Origin: a bacterium
GTDB lineage: Bacteria; SAR324; NAC60-12
Length of the DNA stretch: 64,000 nt
Reading direction: 5' to 3'
Assembly (NCBI GenBank): GCA_965233585.1
Contig: CBDDTI010000746.1
Location: 224,001-288,000 of the forward strand
In this document: in pieces, positions 41,182-51,707 of the stretch
Numbering within the stretch: the stretch's first letter is position 1
Layout: each line of letters begins with the position of its first letter
Notes under the pieces: generated by a model
Databases searched by the model: none
What the model saw: the letters and a program-made list of their open reading frames with translations, nothing else
Told to the model about the DNA's origin: nothing
Position numbers and translations under genes: made by a program

Positions 41182-42548
41182 TTTTCTTTTCCAAAAATTT
41201 CTGCAATCGCTTTCAGGTCTGGTCCGTGTTCTTCAAAAGTTAAGGCATAACGCAAGGGTAACCAAAACTCTTGACCTTTGATTTGAGTTGTTTTTTGGAC
41301 TTGTTTTGCAAGTTTTGAAAACGCCTCTCCAGAATAGGGGGCAAGCTCTGTCAGTTGTTCAATCAAGAGAGAAAGCATTTGTTTGGTTGTGGGTCTCTGC
41401 AGTAATTCTAACATTTTTGGTGCGTGTTGTGGAAAGTCATCTTCAAAGAAAGAAGCTAGCCTGTGCTGAATGTCTGACCCCGTTTTGAGACGACTTTGAA
41501 ACAACTGGCAAACCTTCATGACATCAGGTTCATTGGCGTATTGGGTTTGTTGAACAAAGGGCAAGATGTATGCTTCAAACTCTTCTTTGTCCAATCTTTG
41601 CAGATAGTGCTGATTCATCCAATCTAGTTTGTGCTTGTCAAAAACAGCCCCAGATTTACTGACCCGCTGCCAGCTAAATTCTTCAATCAATTCATCTATG
41701 CTAAAAAATTCTCTCTCATCTCCAGCAGACCAGCCTAACAAAGCTAAGAAGTTGATTAACGCTTGAGGCAAGTAACCTTGTGAGTAAAAGCCTTCAACTG
41801 ATGCAGAACCTGTGCGTTTGCTTAATTTAGAGCGGTCTTCATTGAGAATCAAAGGCAGGTGTACAAACTCTGGCATCTGCCATTGGAAATAACGGAACAG
41901 CAAGGCATGCTTAGGGTATGAAGGAAGCCATTCTTCACCACGCACGACGTGGGTGATGCCCATCAAGTGGTCATCAACAACCATTGCCAAGTGATAAGTT
42001 GGGAAGCCATCAGCTTTGATGAGGATTTGGTCTTCTAAATCTGCTGTGTTAAAGGTCAAGTTGCCACGAATGACATCTTGAAGTTGCAAAGTTTCTGGGA
42101 TTTGAGGCAATGCCAGACGAACAACAAAAGGCAAGTGTTGTTTTTTCGTAATTTCAGACCTTGACAGATGACGGCACGTGCCATCGTAGGCAGTGGGAAG
42201 CCCTTGTTCTTTTTGTCTCTGCCTTAAAGATTCAAGTCTCTTTGGTGAGCAAAAACAACGGTACGCATGACGCGACTCTAACAAAATTTGCACATGCTGC
42301 TGATAAATCGCTAATCGTTCTGATTGTCTGGTGACAGCATCATCAAAGCAAATCCCTGCACGATTTAACGCATTCAACAAATTTTGTTCAGCACCTTCTA
42401 CAAAACGGGTTCTGTCTGTATCTTCCAGACGAAAGAAGATTTTCCCTTGATGCTTTTTGGCATAAAGGTAGGAAAACAAAGCAGTTCGGAGACCTCCTAC
42501 ATGAAGCTCACCTGTGGGGCTAGGTGCAAATCGTAGTTGAACAGACAT
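41145..42548 (-). CDS. gltX: Glutamate--tRNA ligase
   Basis: RFAPSPTG.LHVGG, KLSKR; ATG at 42548 overlaps the upstream stop. Confidence 0.97.
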   Translation of the reverse strand: MSVQLRFAPSPTGELHVGGLRTALFSYLYAKKHQGKIFFRLEDTDRTRFVEGAEQNLLNALNRAGICFDDAVTRQSERLAIYQQHVQILLESRHAYRCFCSPKRLESLRQRQKEQGLPTAYDGTCRHLSRSEITKKQHLPFVVRLALPQIPETLQLQDVIRGNLTFNTADLEDQILIKADGFPTYHLAMVVDDHLMGITHVVRGEEWLPSYPKHALLFRYFQWQMPEFVHLPLILNEDRSKLSKRTGSASVEGFYSQGYLPQALINFLALLGWSAGDEREFFSIDELIEEFSWQRVSKSGAVFDKHKLDWMNQHYLQRLDKEEFEAYILPFVQQTQYANEPDVMKVCQLFQSRLKTGSDIQHRLASFFEDDFPQHAPKMLELLQRPTTKQMLSLLIEQLTELAPYSGEAFSKLAKQVQKTTQIKGQEFWLPLRYALTFEEHGPDLKAIAEIFGKEKCLSRLKKSLSV

Positions 42549-43117
42549 CAGTGAACAACAGGAGATGAAGCATTCAGCTGCTTGGCAACCCATGCTGGTT
42601 GTTGGCTCAGGTCAAACTCTTTTAAAGCATCTTTGGCAAGATGTTCAGGAAGTTTTTGAAGCACCTGATATGCGGCAAGACGAGAGTGAGCATGTTCACT
42701 TTTCAGCAGAAGAGAAGCAAGGTTTGCAAGACGTTGGGGATATTGTTCTTGAAAAGTAGAGGCAAATGCTTGGAAGGCTCTGCGCTGGTGAGAAAGGCTC
42801 GGGACAGATTGAGTGTAATTTTGTAAAAATGTTGCCACCTCCTCACTTGGAAACAACGTCAATGCCTTCAATGCCCTAAAATGATAATAGTTTAGCAAAG
42901 ACCGATCTTGGGCAATTTGCATCAAGACTTTTTCAGGATTTTGACCTAATTCAGAGACATCTGCCTCATCTAAAGACCATTCATACCCTGACAACCAGAA
43001 GTGAATTTGTTGATATTGCTCACTCTTTGCTTGTTCTTCTGCCAATGCAAAGTTGGCAATCATCAAACTTATCAAACTCATTAAACTTATTGTTAAAAAG
43101 AAACGTCTCAGCATCAT
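42548..43117 (-). CDS. Exported helical (HEAT-like) hypothetical protein
   Basis: Signal peptide; RALKAL / RAFQAF / RLAAYQVL helical repeats. Confidence 0.6.
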   Translation of the reverse strand: MMLRRFFLTISLMSLISLMIANFALAEEQAKSEQYQQIHFWLSGYEWSLDEADVSELGQNPEKVLMQIAQDRSLLNYYHFRALKALTLFPSEEVATFLQNYTQSVPSLSHQRRAFQAFASTFQEQYPQRLANLASLLLKSEHAHSRLAAYQVLQKLPEHLAKDALKEFDLSQQPAWVAKQLNASSPVVH

Positions 43118-43137
43118 CTTATTCTTTGGAATGAAAA

Positions 43138-44220
43138 CTATCTTGCAATAGGGGAATATCTAAAAATGTGGATTTGCGAGGGAGAAAGCTGATTTTGGTC
43201 TGAAGTACTTTGCCAAAACATGATGTTCTTGACGCCTTGACTTTCATCACAAGTCCAGACTGATGCCTCATAAATAGGTTCATCACATTTTGGGGTATCA
43301 TCTAGGGGGTCAAACTTCCTTCCAGTTTTTTCTGTGGTATGAAACAAGCCAACTAAATGACCAATCTCATGAATGGTTGTGAGGGCAATGTTTTCATTTT
43401 TCAAGTCGTTTGTTCCCATCATGCTATGTTGTTCTAAGCTGACCATGACCATATTCAGGGGGTGTATTCCAAAGGTGCCGGGGATTCTGGCTGCAATTCC
43501 AAGGTTGAGGTCATCAAGGATTTCCTCAATGAAAAAAACATTAATGACGTTAGCGTCTCCAAACTCTGCCAGCCTTCTCACAGTGGGTGATTCAAAATCT
43601 GGCTTCACTGCCCTAAATTGAGAGTCTGTTACATGAAGAGTTGGAGACAAGGCGATTTGCAAACCATGAGAGTTCAAAACAGTAGCCAGTTCGGTCATTG
43701 CTCCTTCTATGTCATCAGAATCAAATCTTGTTCCTGTGAAGATGGGACGTATGGGCAAGATAGAGCGGACAGCCCCAGTGCGTAAGACCATTTTGACCGC
43801 TGTTGTGTTTTCAAAGTTGTAACTCCATGTCCCCTTTTCCATTGGCATACTTGGAATTAAAGGGTTGAGTAAGACAGTCGTACCTTGGGAAGCATGGATA
43901 AAACCGCCTTTTAACAAATCAGCAAAAACATGCCTGCCACTTGGGTCTTGCATACGAAAAACGATAGAACCTTCACTACTTTTGGAATAGGCAATAACAG
44001 CAAAAGAGACCGTGTTTTCGGGTAAAACAAACTCACCACGAATTGGCAGAGGATGGACATTGAATCCCACTTGGTCTGCAAATGAGGTGACTTCAACATC
44101 TTTCTCAGCCGCTTTGAGCGAACGACCTTCGTCAGGAGACCTTTTTTGACAACCCAGCAAAATCATCAACACCGTCGCACAAATCAATGTGAATGCTTTG
44201 TGAGTTTTTAAAGCGGTCAT
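43138..44220 (-). CDS. Lipoprotein zinc metalloprotease (metzincin, M43-like)
   Basis: Lipobox LLGC; HEIGHLVGLFH; DTPKC; NIM Met-turn. Confidence 0.8.
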   Translation of the reverse strand: MTALKTHKAFTLICATVLMILLGCQKRSPDEGRSLKAAEKDVEVTSFADQVGFNVHPLPIRGEFVLPENTVSFAVIAYSKSSEGSIVFRMQDPSGRHVFADLLKGGFIHASQGTTVLLNPLIPSMPMEKGTWSYNFENTTAVKMVLRTGAVRSILPIRPIFTGTRFDSDDIEGAMTELATVLNSHGLQIALSPTLHVTDSQFRAVKPDFESPTVRRLAEFGDANVINVFFIEEILDDLNLGIAARIPGTFGIHPLNMVMVSLEQHSMMGTNDLKNENIALTTIHEIGHLVGLFHTTEKTGRKFDPLDDTPKCDEPIYEASVWTCDESQGVKNIMFWQSTSDQNQLSPSQIHIFRYSPIAR

Positions 44221-44255
44221 CACGTGTTCCAAAAAGTTTCCAAAGGTTTGAGAAT

Positions 44256-45959
44256 TTAGCATAAGTCCAAGGCTTTTTGCAAGGCAGTTATCACAGGGGT
44301 TAGATCTTCTTCACAACCTACGGCAATTCTGACCAGATAGCGGGGCAACCCGATTTCCTGCAAAAAGTCATCAGTTTGATGATAGTAAGTGAGCAAAGTG
44401 TAAGGGCAAACTAGGGTTTCATTTGAGCCTAGAGTCGGGGCTTTGACCAGTTCTAAGGAGTCATAAAATTTTTTTAAAGTTTCCAGATGATTGGGGTCTA
44501 AAGTAAAGCTAATCATAGAGCCTCTACCTTGACAAAAATCATCAACTTGGTCTTGATAATACAGCTTCCCAACTTTAGGAGATTGGGACAGAAACTTTGC
44601 GACTTCTGATACATTTTTTTCAAAACGAACCATACGTTCTTTGAAATCTACAAGTTGAGATGACAAAACGTTGACCTCTAGCGGAGACATACCAAGAGCA
44701 TAGAGTTGTTGATAGTCTTTGAGACGTCTGGCTAGGACTAGGTCGTCTGCAAACAGGACACCCCCTGCGTGATCGTTACCTCCACTTAAATACTTGACAG
44801 TACTATGAATTGAAAAAGAAGCCCCCAGCTTGAGAGGTTGACAGTTGACAGGTGTGGCAAGTGTGTTGTCCACAATGAAAGGGACTTGGTGTGCTTGACA
44901 AATTTTTGCAATTTCAGGCAGGTTGATTTTTTGGTTCAGAGGATTGGTAATGGTTTCTGTAATCACTCCTGCAATCGTTTCGTCAAAAGAGTCTTCTAAA
45001 AGATGAAGCTCATCAGCTCCCAAAAAAAGATGCTGTGCTTTGTCCTCTAACAAATGAACATAAGTGTCTTTATACAGGACGCCAATGACAATGAACCGAT
45101 TTTTTTGTCCTGTCTTCAGAACTTCTTGAGCAGCAACGATGGCTTGCATTCCTGTACAAAATAAGATGCCATGATTAGCCCCTTCTAACTGACACAAGTT
45201 TCGTTGCAAGGCATCTTCGTCAGCATGAGGCATGGGGGCAGGGTCTTTTTTTGATAAAAAATCTGCATTGCGGGGAGAAAGGACACAACCAACCTCTGCA
45301 CGCCTTTTTGCTAAAACTTCCATTGGCAAATCTACTGAACTCAACACAGCACCACCTAAAACATTGGCTTGCTCATCTTTGAAGTCTGCGATGAAAAACT
45401 TGGCTTCTTGAGGAGGGAGTGATTCTAAATGGTCTGAAAGATAGGCAACCGATGCCCTTGCTTTTTGAGCTTGTTGCAAACAATCTTGTATTTTTAGATT
45501 GATTTGTTCAAAGGCAAAAACAACAGGTTGTTTTGCTTTAAAACTCATCTGAAATGACTGAAATACGGAAAACCTTCCCCCCAAAGCAGAGACAATTTGT
45601 GCTACCCATTCCCATTTTTTTAAATCATCAACCAATAAAAGAGGGGTCTGCTTAGAACACTTCACAAAGTAGTCAATCCATTCATAAAGTGCTGAATTGA
45701 CTGAGGCATAAAGCAACGCATGTCTGACTTCATAATGAGACTTTAAAGACTCTGTTATTCTGCGGGAAATTGGGGACTCTGTAATGCGATAATATCCATA
45801 AAATGGCTTCTGGTTGTCTTCTTGCCATTTTTTAATAAACTCTAAAGTGTCAGCTGTTCCTGTGATGGCATACTTCCCACCAACAGGCTGATTATTTGGG
45901 TGACCCAGTGCTTCTAAATCAATCAAAGGGAGGTCAGAAAGTTTCATTTTGCAGACCAT
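44256..45959 (-). CDS. Cys/Met-metabolism PLP enzyme, long cystathionine gamma-synthase-like form
   Basis: ETITNP, VDNTLATP, HSTVKYLSG, PTLGSNETLVCPYTLL, LVRIAVG. Confidence 0.8.
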   Translation of the reverse strand: MVCKMKLSDLPLIDLEALGHPNNQPVGGKYAITGTADTLEFIKKWQEDNQKPFYGYYRITESPISRRITESLKSHYEVRHALLYASVNSALYEWIDYFVKCSKQTPLLLVDDLKKWEWVAQIVSALGGRFSVFQSFQMSFKAKQPVVFAFEQINLKIQDCLQQAQKARASVAYLSDHLESLPPQEAKFFIADFKDEQANVLGGAVLSSVDLPMEVLAKRRAEVGCVLSPRNADFLSKKDPAPMPHADEDALQRNLCQLEGANHGILFCTGMQAIVAAQEVLKTGQKNRFIVIGVLYKDTYVHLLEDKAQHLFLGADELHLLEDSFDETIAGVITETITNPLNQKINLPEIAKICQAHQVPFIVDNTLATPVNCQPLKLGASFSIHSTVKYLSGGNDHAGGVLFADDLVLARRLKDYQQLYALGMSPLEVNVLSSQLVDFKERMVRFEKNVSEVAKFLSQSPKVGKLYYQDQVDDFCQGRGSMISFTLDPNHLETLKKFYDSLELVKAPTLGSNETLVCPYTLLTYYHQTDDFLQEIGLPRYLVRIAVGCEEDLTPVITALQKALDLC

Positions 45960-46420
45960 TTTGCAATGTCAAACTCTTTAAGTTGAGCGTTGTACCCAGC
46001 AATAATCGCACCATCAGGCTTGGCTTGAGTAATTCCACACACCAGATAATCTACATTGGGGTAGCGGGGTTCTTCGTTCCAAAGAGCATCGTTCTTGTCT
46101 TGTTCTGAAAAATAAGCACCGACGTCAGGGTGCGAGTGAAAAATCAACTTGATGCAACGTTTTTGAGAGGCAAGCTGTTTTTCTGCTTTCACAAATTCCA
46201 GAGGCTCAATGAGATAGCCATCTAAGTTGGTGCGGGGAAAACGTTCAGGGTCTCGCTCATGGTAAAGTGTCATCACATTTTTCATTGGCAGAAGCTCTAA
46301 ATTTTGCGTTGAAGACTCTGCCTTCAAACCTGTAATCAATCCGCATGCTTCTTCAGGGTAGCACCTGATGCCTTCAGCAAAGCAGAGGTCTAAAATATTT
46401 TGGGGTAAATCAAAGTTCAT
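45944..46420 (-). CDS. JAB/MPN (Mov34, Mec-like) metallopeptidase
   Basis: YPEEACG, FHSHPD..AYFSEQD. Confidence 0.9.
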   Translation of the reverse strand: MNFDLPQNILDLCFAEGIRCYPEEACGLITGLKAESSTQNLELLPMKNVMTLYHERDPERFPRTNLDGYLIEPLEFVKAEKQLASQKRCIKLIFHSHPDVGAYFSEQDKNDALWNEEPRYPNVDYLVCGITQAKPDGAIIAGYNAQLKEFDIAKWSAK

Positions 46421-47244
46421 GTTTTTTCATTGGTAATGTTCCTTTGGTTGCGATAGCGGACAGCTTGCAAATTACTTGGTTTGTTCAGTTGCAAACGGTC
46501 TAGTTCAAACAATTTTGCCTCCCTTAAAAAAGACGCATAGGCAGAAGTGATTGCCACAATCAAACCTGCTGTTCCATCTAAGAAGCCATGTTTCAGTAAA
46601 TACATTTCTAAGAACTTGATTGGGGGCTTCACCAGCATTCTGAACAAAGAGTAATTTTTGCCACGATTAAACTTTTCTAATGCAGAGATACTAGAGAAGG
46701 CATTACATGTCTTAGCATGGTCTGCAAGGTCTTGAAAGCTGTGATGAATTAAATCAGATTTGAGGGAAACACCTTGTCCTTGCAAAAAGATTTGGTCATG
46801 CGGATTTTCCCCTCCCCAAGAAGCATGTCCTTTGCGAAACAACCTGTAACGTGCATTTGGGTACCACCCCCCATGACGAATGTCCTTGCCTAAATGTTTA
46901 GTCAATCTTGGGAATTTTGCACCATGAACCAATGGGGTCTTTTGCAACCATTCTATCATCTCACATTGTAGCTCAGGGCTGACTCGTTCATCTGCATCAA
47001 TGCTTAAAATCCACTTTCCTTGAGCATAGTCAATCGCACGATTTTTTTGCTCAATATGACCATCAAACGCATGTTGAAAAAAACGAACCTTAGGAAATTG
47101 ACAACAGATGTCAGGCGTGGCATCTGTGCTATAAGAATCAATGACAACAATCTCATCAGCAAAATCCAATGACTTCAAACAATCAAAAATCATGTCTTCT
47201 TCATTGTAGCAAATCACGGTGGCAGACAGATTGACCGCAGTCAT
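46417..47244 (-). CDS. GT2 glycosyltransferase (LPS beta-1,4-glucosyltransferase type)
   Basis: VIDSYSTD, IDADERVS, GFLDG. Confidence 0.9.
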   Translation of the reverse strand: MTAVNLSATVICYNEEDMIFDCLKSLDFADEIVVIDSYSTDATPDICCQFPKVRFFQHAFDGHIEQKNRAIDYAQGKWILSIDADERVSPELQCEMIEWLQKTPLVHGAKFPRLTKHLGKDIRHGGWYPNARYRLFRKGHASWGGENPHDQIFLQGQGVSLKSDLIHHSFQDLADHAKTCNAFSSISALEKFNRGKNYSLFRMLVKPPIKFLEMYLLKHGFLDGTAGLIVAITSAYASFLREAKLFELDRLQLNKPSNLQAVRYRNQRNITNEKT

Positions 47245-47489
47245 TAGTTGACTTCTCTTTTTGCCTCAGAACTTTCAGAGTCTGTGAATTGTTGTTGCAA
47301 GAGTTGTAAAAGCTCCAGTGCTTTTTGGGGATTTAAGACAATTCTGCTTTGCAAAATCGCATTTTGATAGTTGCGATAAATGAAGTCCAACGTCATTTCA
47401 TTCTCATTGGAACTGACGACAAACATGTTGCTGTAACGACCTTTGGCAATATCTTGGTCAACGCTTAATTCTATGGATTCTTCTGACAT
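47244..47489 (-). CDS. Small protein, DUF3467-like
   Basis: GRYSN..V.....E..LDF...SRIVLNP..A. Confidence 0.7.
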   Translation of the reverse strand: MSEESIELSVDQDIAKGRYSNMFVVSSNENEMTLDFIYRNYQNAILQSRIVLNPQKALELLQLLQQQFTDSESSEAKREVN

Positions 47490-47572
47490 ATTAGAGGATA
47501 GGGATAGGGTTATAAATTTTCAAAGTTTAGCATAATTGAATGGAAAGGCAAGAGCCACTTGAAAAAGAGCAG

Positions 47573-48214
47573 TCATTGCGCTGTTTCAAATGCTGATTTT
47601 AAAAAATCCTGAATTTTTTGGCAAAGTTGACCTTCCCTCAAAATAACAGGAGGGTCTTGCATCACACTCACAATCGTTGAGGGTTTCTCTCCAGCTGTTT
47701 GACCACTATCAATCAAAAAATCTGCTTGATGCTTTAAAGAAAGAGGAATGCTTTGGGGGCTGACATGAGGAGGCTCGTTGGCAAAGTTAGCACTTGTGCC
47801 AATCAAGGGCTGTCCTGCCAAATCTAACAAAGCAGACACCGTCTTGCAATCACTCTGTCTGACAGCAACAGAACCATCAGCAGCATGTAAAAAGGAAGGA
47901 ATCCATGGCGGGGCTGGAATCACAAGAGTCATTGCACCCGCCCAAAATTCCCGCGTTAAAGACTGACCTGTGGCAGAAAGCTGTGCTTGAACCTCGTCAG
48001 CCATACCTTGATTGATTAACAAGGGCAACGTTTTTGAAACATCTCTTTTTTTAATTTGAAAAATACGATGCACCGCTTGCTCATCAAAAGCACAGCAGCC
48101 AAGTGCATAAAAAGTTTCAGTGGCAAAAATCAACACCTTCCCAGCCTTCAAGGCATCAGACAAACGAATCTTGTCAGATTGGGAAAAAGGAAACCGAATG
48201 CTTGCAGTTGTCAT
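47573..48214 (-). CDS. tsaC: Threonylcarbamoyl-AMP synthase (YrdC/Sua5 family)
   Basis: TETFYALG, IKKR, TSAN, PSTIV, LREG. Confidence 0.9.
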   Translation of the reverse strand: MTTASIRFPFSQSDKIRLSDALKAGKVLIFATETFYALGCCAFDEQAVHRIFQIKKRDVSKTLPLLINQGMADEVQAQLSATGQSLTREFWAGAMTLVIPAPPWIPSFLHAADGSVAVRQSDCKTVSALLDLAGQPLIGTSANFANEPPHVSPQSIPLSLKHQADFLIDSGQTAGEKPSTIVSVMQDPPVILREGQLCQKIQDFLKSAFETAQ

Positions 48215-48217
48215 GGA

Positions 48218-49429
48218 TTACAACGCTTGGATCCAAGGAGAAATAAAAACAAATGAACCATTCTTGAGCTGTGCAATTCTCATGGAACGTACCCAATGCA
48301 ATGTCTTTGTTGCGTGAATCGGCGGGGCAATGGTGCTTGACTTGTGCTGGAAAGAATAAGCCTGTTTCAAAAAGGCTTGGCGATTCAAATCTCTGCCAAC
48401 CTGATGCAACAACGCAACCATAGACTCTGCAGCAACATGACCGTAAATTGTCCATTGATTCGGTTCGGTTTTGGGAAAATATGCCTGCAACAAGCGATGA
48501 TGCAACTGAATCCCTTTGTTTTCTAGGTGAGAGGCAAAGGGAAGATTGCCTAAAGTCAAAATCGTCTTAGCTGATGTGGTTTCAATAGGTTTGGGAAAGG
48601 TTGCATCATATCCAAGATAAATTTGAGAAGGTTTGTTTTTTTTGAGTTTGGAAATGATTTGATGAGAGACAGCAGGTGTTGAAAAAATGACTAAAATGTC
48701 TGCTTCAGCTTCCTCAATCTTGACAGATTCTGCATGAAATGTTTGCAAGAATTTTTCATGCGTCAACACTTGCACAGGAATTTGTCCCTTCTTAAGTTCT
48801 TTGACTAAAAGTCGGGTCAAAGTCTGGTGGTAATTGTCTTGACGAGACCAGATGAGAACGTTGCTTCTTGGAGATTGTGTAGCGAGGTATCGCCCCAGTA
48901 TTGCACTTTCTGTTTTGAGAGTTGGCATGAACGCAGAGGTCAACGGATATTTTAAAAACTCTGCTGTTCTTGAGACCAAAAACAAATTAGGGACTTCCAT
49001 CTGAGAAATCCACCCAGTCAATTCAGTGCCAACCCCTGACTCAACAGAGCCAAACATGGCAAACACTTGTTCATCTAAAACCAAACGAGAAACGACTTGC
49101 TTGGCAACTTCTGGCTGGAAACGGTCATCTTGGTACTGATAACGAATGAGACGCCCATGAACTCCCCCTTGTTCGTTGATATATTGAAAGTACGCATCTG
49201 CCCCTTTTGCCACATCTCCAACTGCTTGCAAGCCGCCACTCAAAGGAAGATGTCCACCTAGTAAAATCTCGCGCTGTCCAACCCCTTGTGCGAAAAGGGT
49301 TGTTACACTTAAAGGAACGATACAAATCCAAAGTAATCCTTTCAAAAACAACCTCAAAAATGCCTTGCCCAATTTCTGTAACACGCACAAATTGGCTTTG
49401 CAGAACAAACAAATCATCATCAACTTCAA
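48218..49429 (-). CDS. Branched-chain amino-acid type ABC substrate-binding protein
   Basis: LPLSG, INEQGGVHGR, DDRFQP. Confidence 0.8.
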   Translation of the reverse strand: MKLMMICLFCKANLCVLQKLGKAFLRLFLKGLLWICIVPLSVTTLFAQGVGQREILLGGHLPLSGGLQAVGDVAKGADAYFQYINEQGGVHGRLIRYQYQDDRFQPEVAKQVVSRLVLDEQVFAMFGSVESGVGTELTGWISQMEVPNLFLVSRTAEFLKYPLTSAFMPTLKTESAILGRYLATQSPRSNVLIWSRQDNYHQTLTRLLVKELKKGQIPVQVLTHEKFLQTFHAESVKIEEAEADILVIFSTPAVSHQIISKLKKNKPSQIYLGYDATFPKPIETTSAKTILTLGNLPFASHLENKGIQLHHRLLQAYFPKTEPNQWTIYGHVAAESMVALLHQVGRDLNRQAFLKQAYSFQHKSSTIAPPIHATKTLHWVRSMRIAQLKNGSFVFISPWIQAL

Positions 49430-49509
49430 AAAAATTTCAAAAATTCAAAGACGCACAACGTCAAATTTAACTGGTTTAGCTTTTGATAAAACCCCAAACG
49501 CTAGCTAAA

Positions 49510-50127
49510 TTACAGCTTGGTTTTACGGTTCACATATTTTAAAAAATAGCGAATCTTCAGAGTGACGGCTGTAATGACTTCTCCATCTGCTGTTTGAGTG
49601 ATGACAAAATGGTCTGGCTTGGTATAGTCAATCTCTACAAAAAAAGAATCGTCATCTTCAAGCGTCACTTGAACCTTAGCAAGGTTTGCAGGGACTCCAA
49701 CTGTAGGCACAGACGTCCTGCAACCTGCTGTGTGTTCAAGCACTTCTTCTCGCAAGCCATTGTCTGATAAAACAACCTGACTCTCGCTTGGGTGAGCGCA
49801 AAACAAATGAAGTTCATAGTCTATTGCTCCAATTTGAGTACGAACTTTTGCATCGCCAAATGTCGTAAAACGGAAGGTCTTGTCCCCAAGCCATTTCACC
49901 ATCATGCCATAATACCCTGGCGCTGCTTCTTGCGTATCAGGTGCTTGTTTTGCAATGGCATAGCTTGTTCCATTGTGAACAGCAGCACCTTCTACAAACT
50001 CCACACGATAACGTCCTTCCCTGACCTCAAAACCCGGCTTCTCTTCTTCAGACTTCTTGCTACAACCCAAAATGAGCATCATGCAAAAAAGACCCAAATG
50101 ATAGATAATGAATTGACTGCTTTTCAT
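49510..50127 (-). CDS. Hypothetical lipoprotein
   Basis: Lipobox ILGC; beta-rich sequence. Confidence 0.7.
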   Translation of the reverse strand: MKSSQFIIYHLGLFCMMLILGCSKKSEEEKPGFEVREGRYRVEFVEGAAVHNGTSYAIAKQAPDTQEAAPGYYGMMVKWLGDKTFRFTTFGDAKVRTQIGAIDYELHLFCAHPSESQVVLSDNGLREEVLEHTAGCRTSVPTVGVPANLAKVQVTLEDDDSFFVEIDYTKPDHFVITQTADGEVITAVTLKIRYFLKYVNRKTKL

Positions 50128-50164
50128 AATTTCTTGTATCGGCTCGTCTGGTGAAAACTAAACC

Positions 50165-51469
50165 ATGAAAAATAGAATCACCCACGATTTACACGTGCAT
50201 TTGTACGGCTGTTTAAGTGCATCTGACCTCTGGAAGTTAGCCAAATCCAAACAACACGATTTGGAGCGAGTGCATTTTTTTGAAAAGGAGTATCTTCAGC
50301 AATTTCAGCAGAATCCAAACCTACTGCAAGTGATTCAGCAAGATCACTTTGACGCCTTTCAAAAGATGTATCATCTTACAGCACCATGCACTTTTTTACA
50401 ATTTCAAGCAAAGTTTAATCTGATCATCGCCTTATGCCATTTGGATTCTCAACAAGAAGTTTCGCATTTAGTGCATCAAATCTGCCTTCAGCATCAGCAT
50501 TTAAAGCATGTAGAATATCGCATGCCGATTCCTTATCATTTGCCAAAAGACACCAGAAAAAAACTTTTGCTCACCATCTGCCAAGTCTTTCAAAAATTTC
50601 ATGGCATCTTCCAGCCTAAACTTTCTGTCAGCCTACCACGAGACCACACAGCCTTTGAACTCTATTTTGAAGTCAAGCAATTGATGAAACACTTCCCATC
50701 AGTCCAAAAGACTTTAGTCAGTGTAGATTTTTGCTTTGCAGAAGAAGGACACCCGCCAAAAGAAAGGCAAGCATTGTATGCAAAAATTTTAAAAGACAAC
50801 CTCCTTGAACCTTATCAAGCTCTGGCAATTTTAGACCATGTTGGCGAGGTGTTTAGCGATAAAAGCCTTGAAAGTGCCATCCGTTGGATTCACCAAAGTG
50901 CCATGTTTGGAACTCATCGTTTGGGGCATGCTTTGGCTCTTGGAATGAACCCCCAACAGTTGCTTGGCAAGCAATCTTGTGAAAGTGTTGCTGAACGGCT
51001 AGACCAAATTTGCTATGAGTTACAACAACTCCCTGACTGGAAGGATTGGGGAATTTCATGCGACAAAGAGGCTCTGCAAAAAGAGTATGACACCCTGCAA
51101 AAGAAACAGCCAAATGAAACAATTCTTTGGTATTATGACGAACCAAGGCTTGAAAGACTCCGCTTGATTCAAGATTTTGTGATGAACGAAATCAAAAAAC
51201 TAGGAAAATGTGTAGAGTCCTGCATCACTTCAAACCAAATGCTCAACCCTTATACTTTTGGTCAGCAACACCCTATTTTGCGATTTTTGAAGAATGAAGT
51301 CCCAGTCGTTTTGGGAAGTGACGACCCAGGACTTTTTCAAACTTCTCTGCAACAAGAAGAAAACAAACTTAAAAATCAATTCAAACTTTCAGAACAGGCA
51401 CTGGATTTGATAGAACACACAGCCCATCGGTTTCGGTCAGAAATCATTTCAAGTCAGCAGACAGGGTAA
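50165..51469 (+). CDS. Adenosine/AMP deaminase family amidohydrolase
   Basis: DLHVHLYG, HVGE, RLGH, CITSN, GSDDP. Confidence 0.85.
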   Translation: MKNRITHDLHVHLYGCLSASDLWKLAKSKQHDLERVHFFEKEYLQQFQQNPNLLQVIQQDHFDAFQKMYHLTAPCTFLQFQAKFNLIIALCHLDSQQEVSHLVHQICLQHQHLKHVEYRMPIPYHLPKDTRKKLLLTICQVFQKFHGIFQPKLSVSLPRDHTAFELYFEVKQLMKHFPSVQKTLVSVDFCFAEEGHPPKERQALYAKILKDNLLEPYQALAILDHVGEVFSDKSLESAIRWIHQSAMFGTHRLGHALALGMNPQQLLGKQSCESVAERLDQICYELQQLPDWKDWGISCDKEALQKEYDTLQKKQPNETILWYYDEPRLERLRLIQDFVMNEIKKLGKCVESCITSNQMLNPYTFGQQHPILRFLKNEVPVVLGSDDPGLFQTSLQQEENKLKNQFKLSEQALDLIEHTAHRFRSEIISSQQTG

Positions 51470-51583
51470 AAACACTTTTTTGAGATTATTCTAAAAAGAC
51501 CCTGTCAAATCCTTGTGAACTTGGCTCTTTTTATTTGGCAGGAGGAAAAAAAGAAAACAAAAAGGCTAACACCCCGTCCCTCT

Positions 51584-51611
51584 GTCATTGCTCACCTTGA
51601 CCCGCAATCTC
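51584..51611 (+). repeat. Single GTCA-tagged REP-like element
   Basis: GTCATTGCTCACCTTGACCCGCAATCTC. Confidence 0.8.
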
Positions 51612-51707
51612 TCTTTTGAGATTTCTCAATCTTCTCTCTTTTTTCTTTTTCCATTTTGGCTTTAAATTTGTTATGATTCTGGTTTTGACATTCTCACGAA
51701 TAGACTG

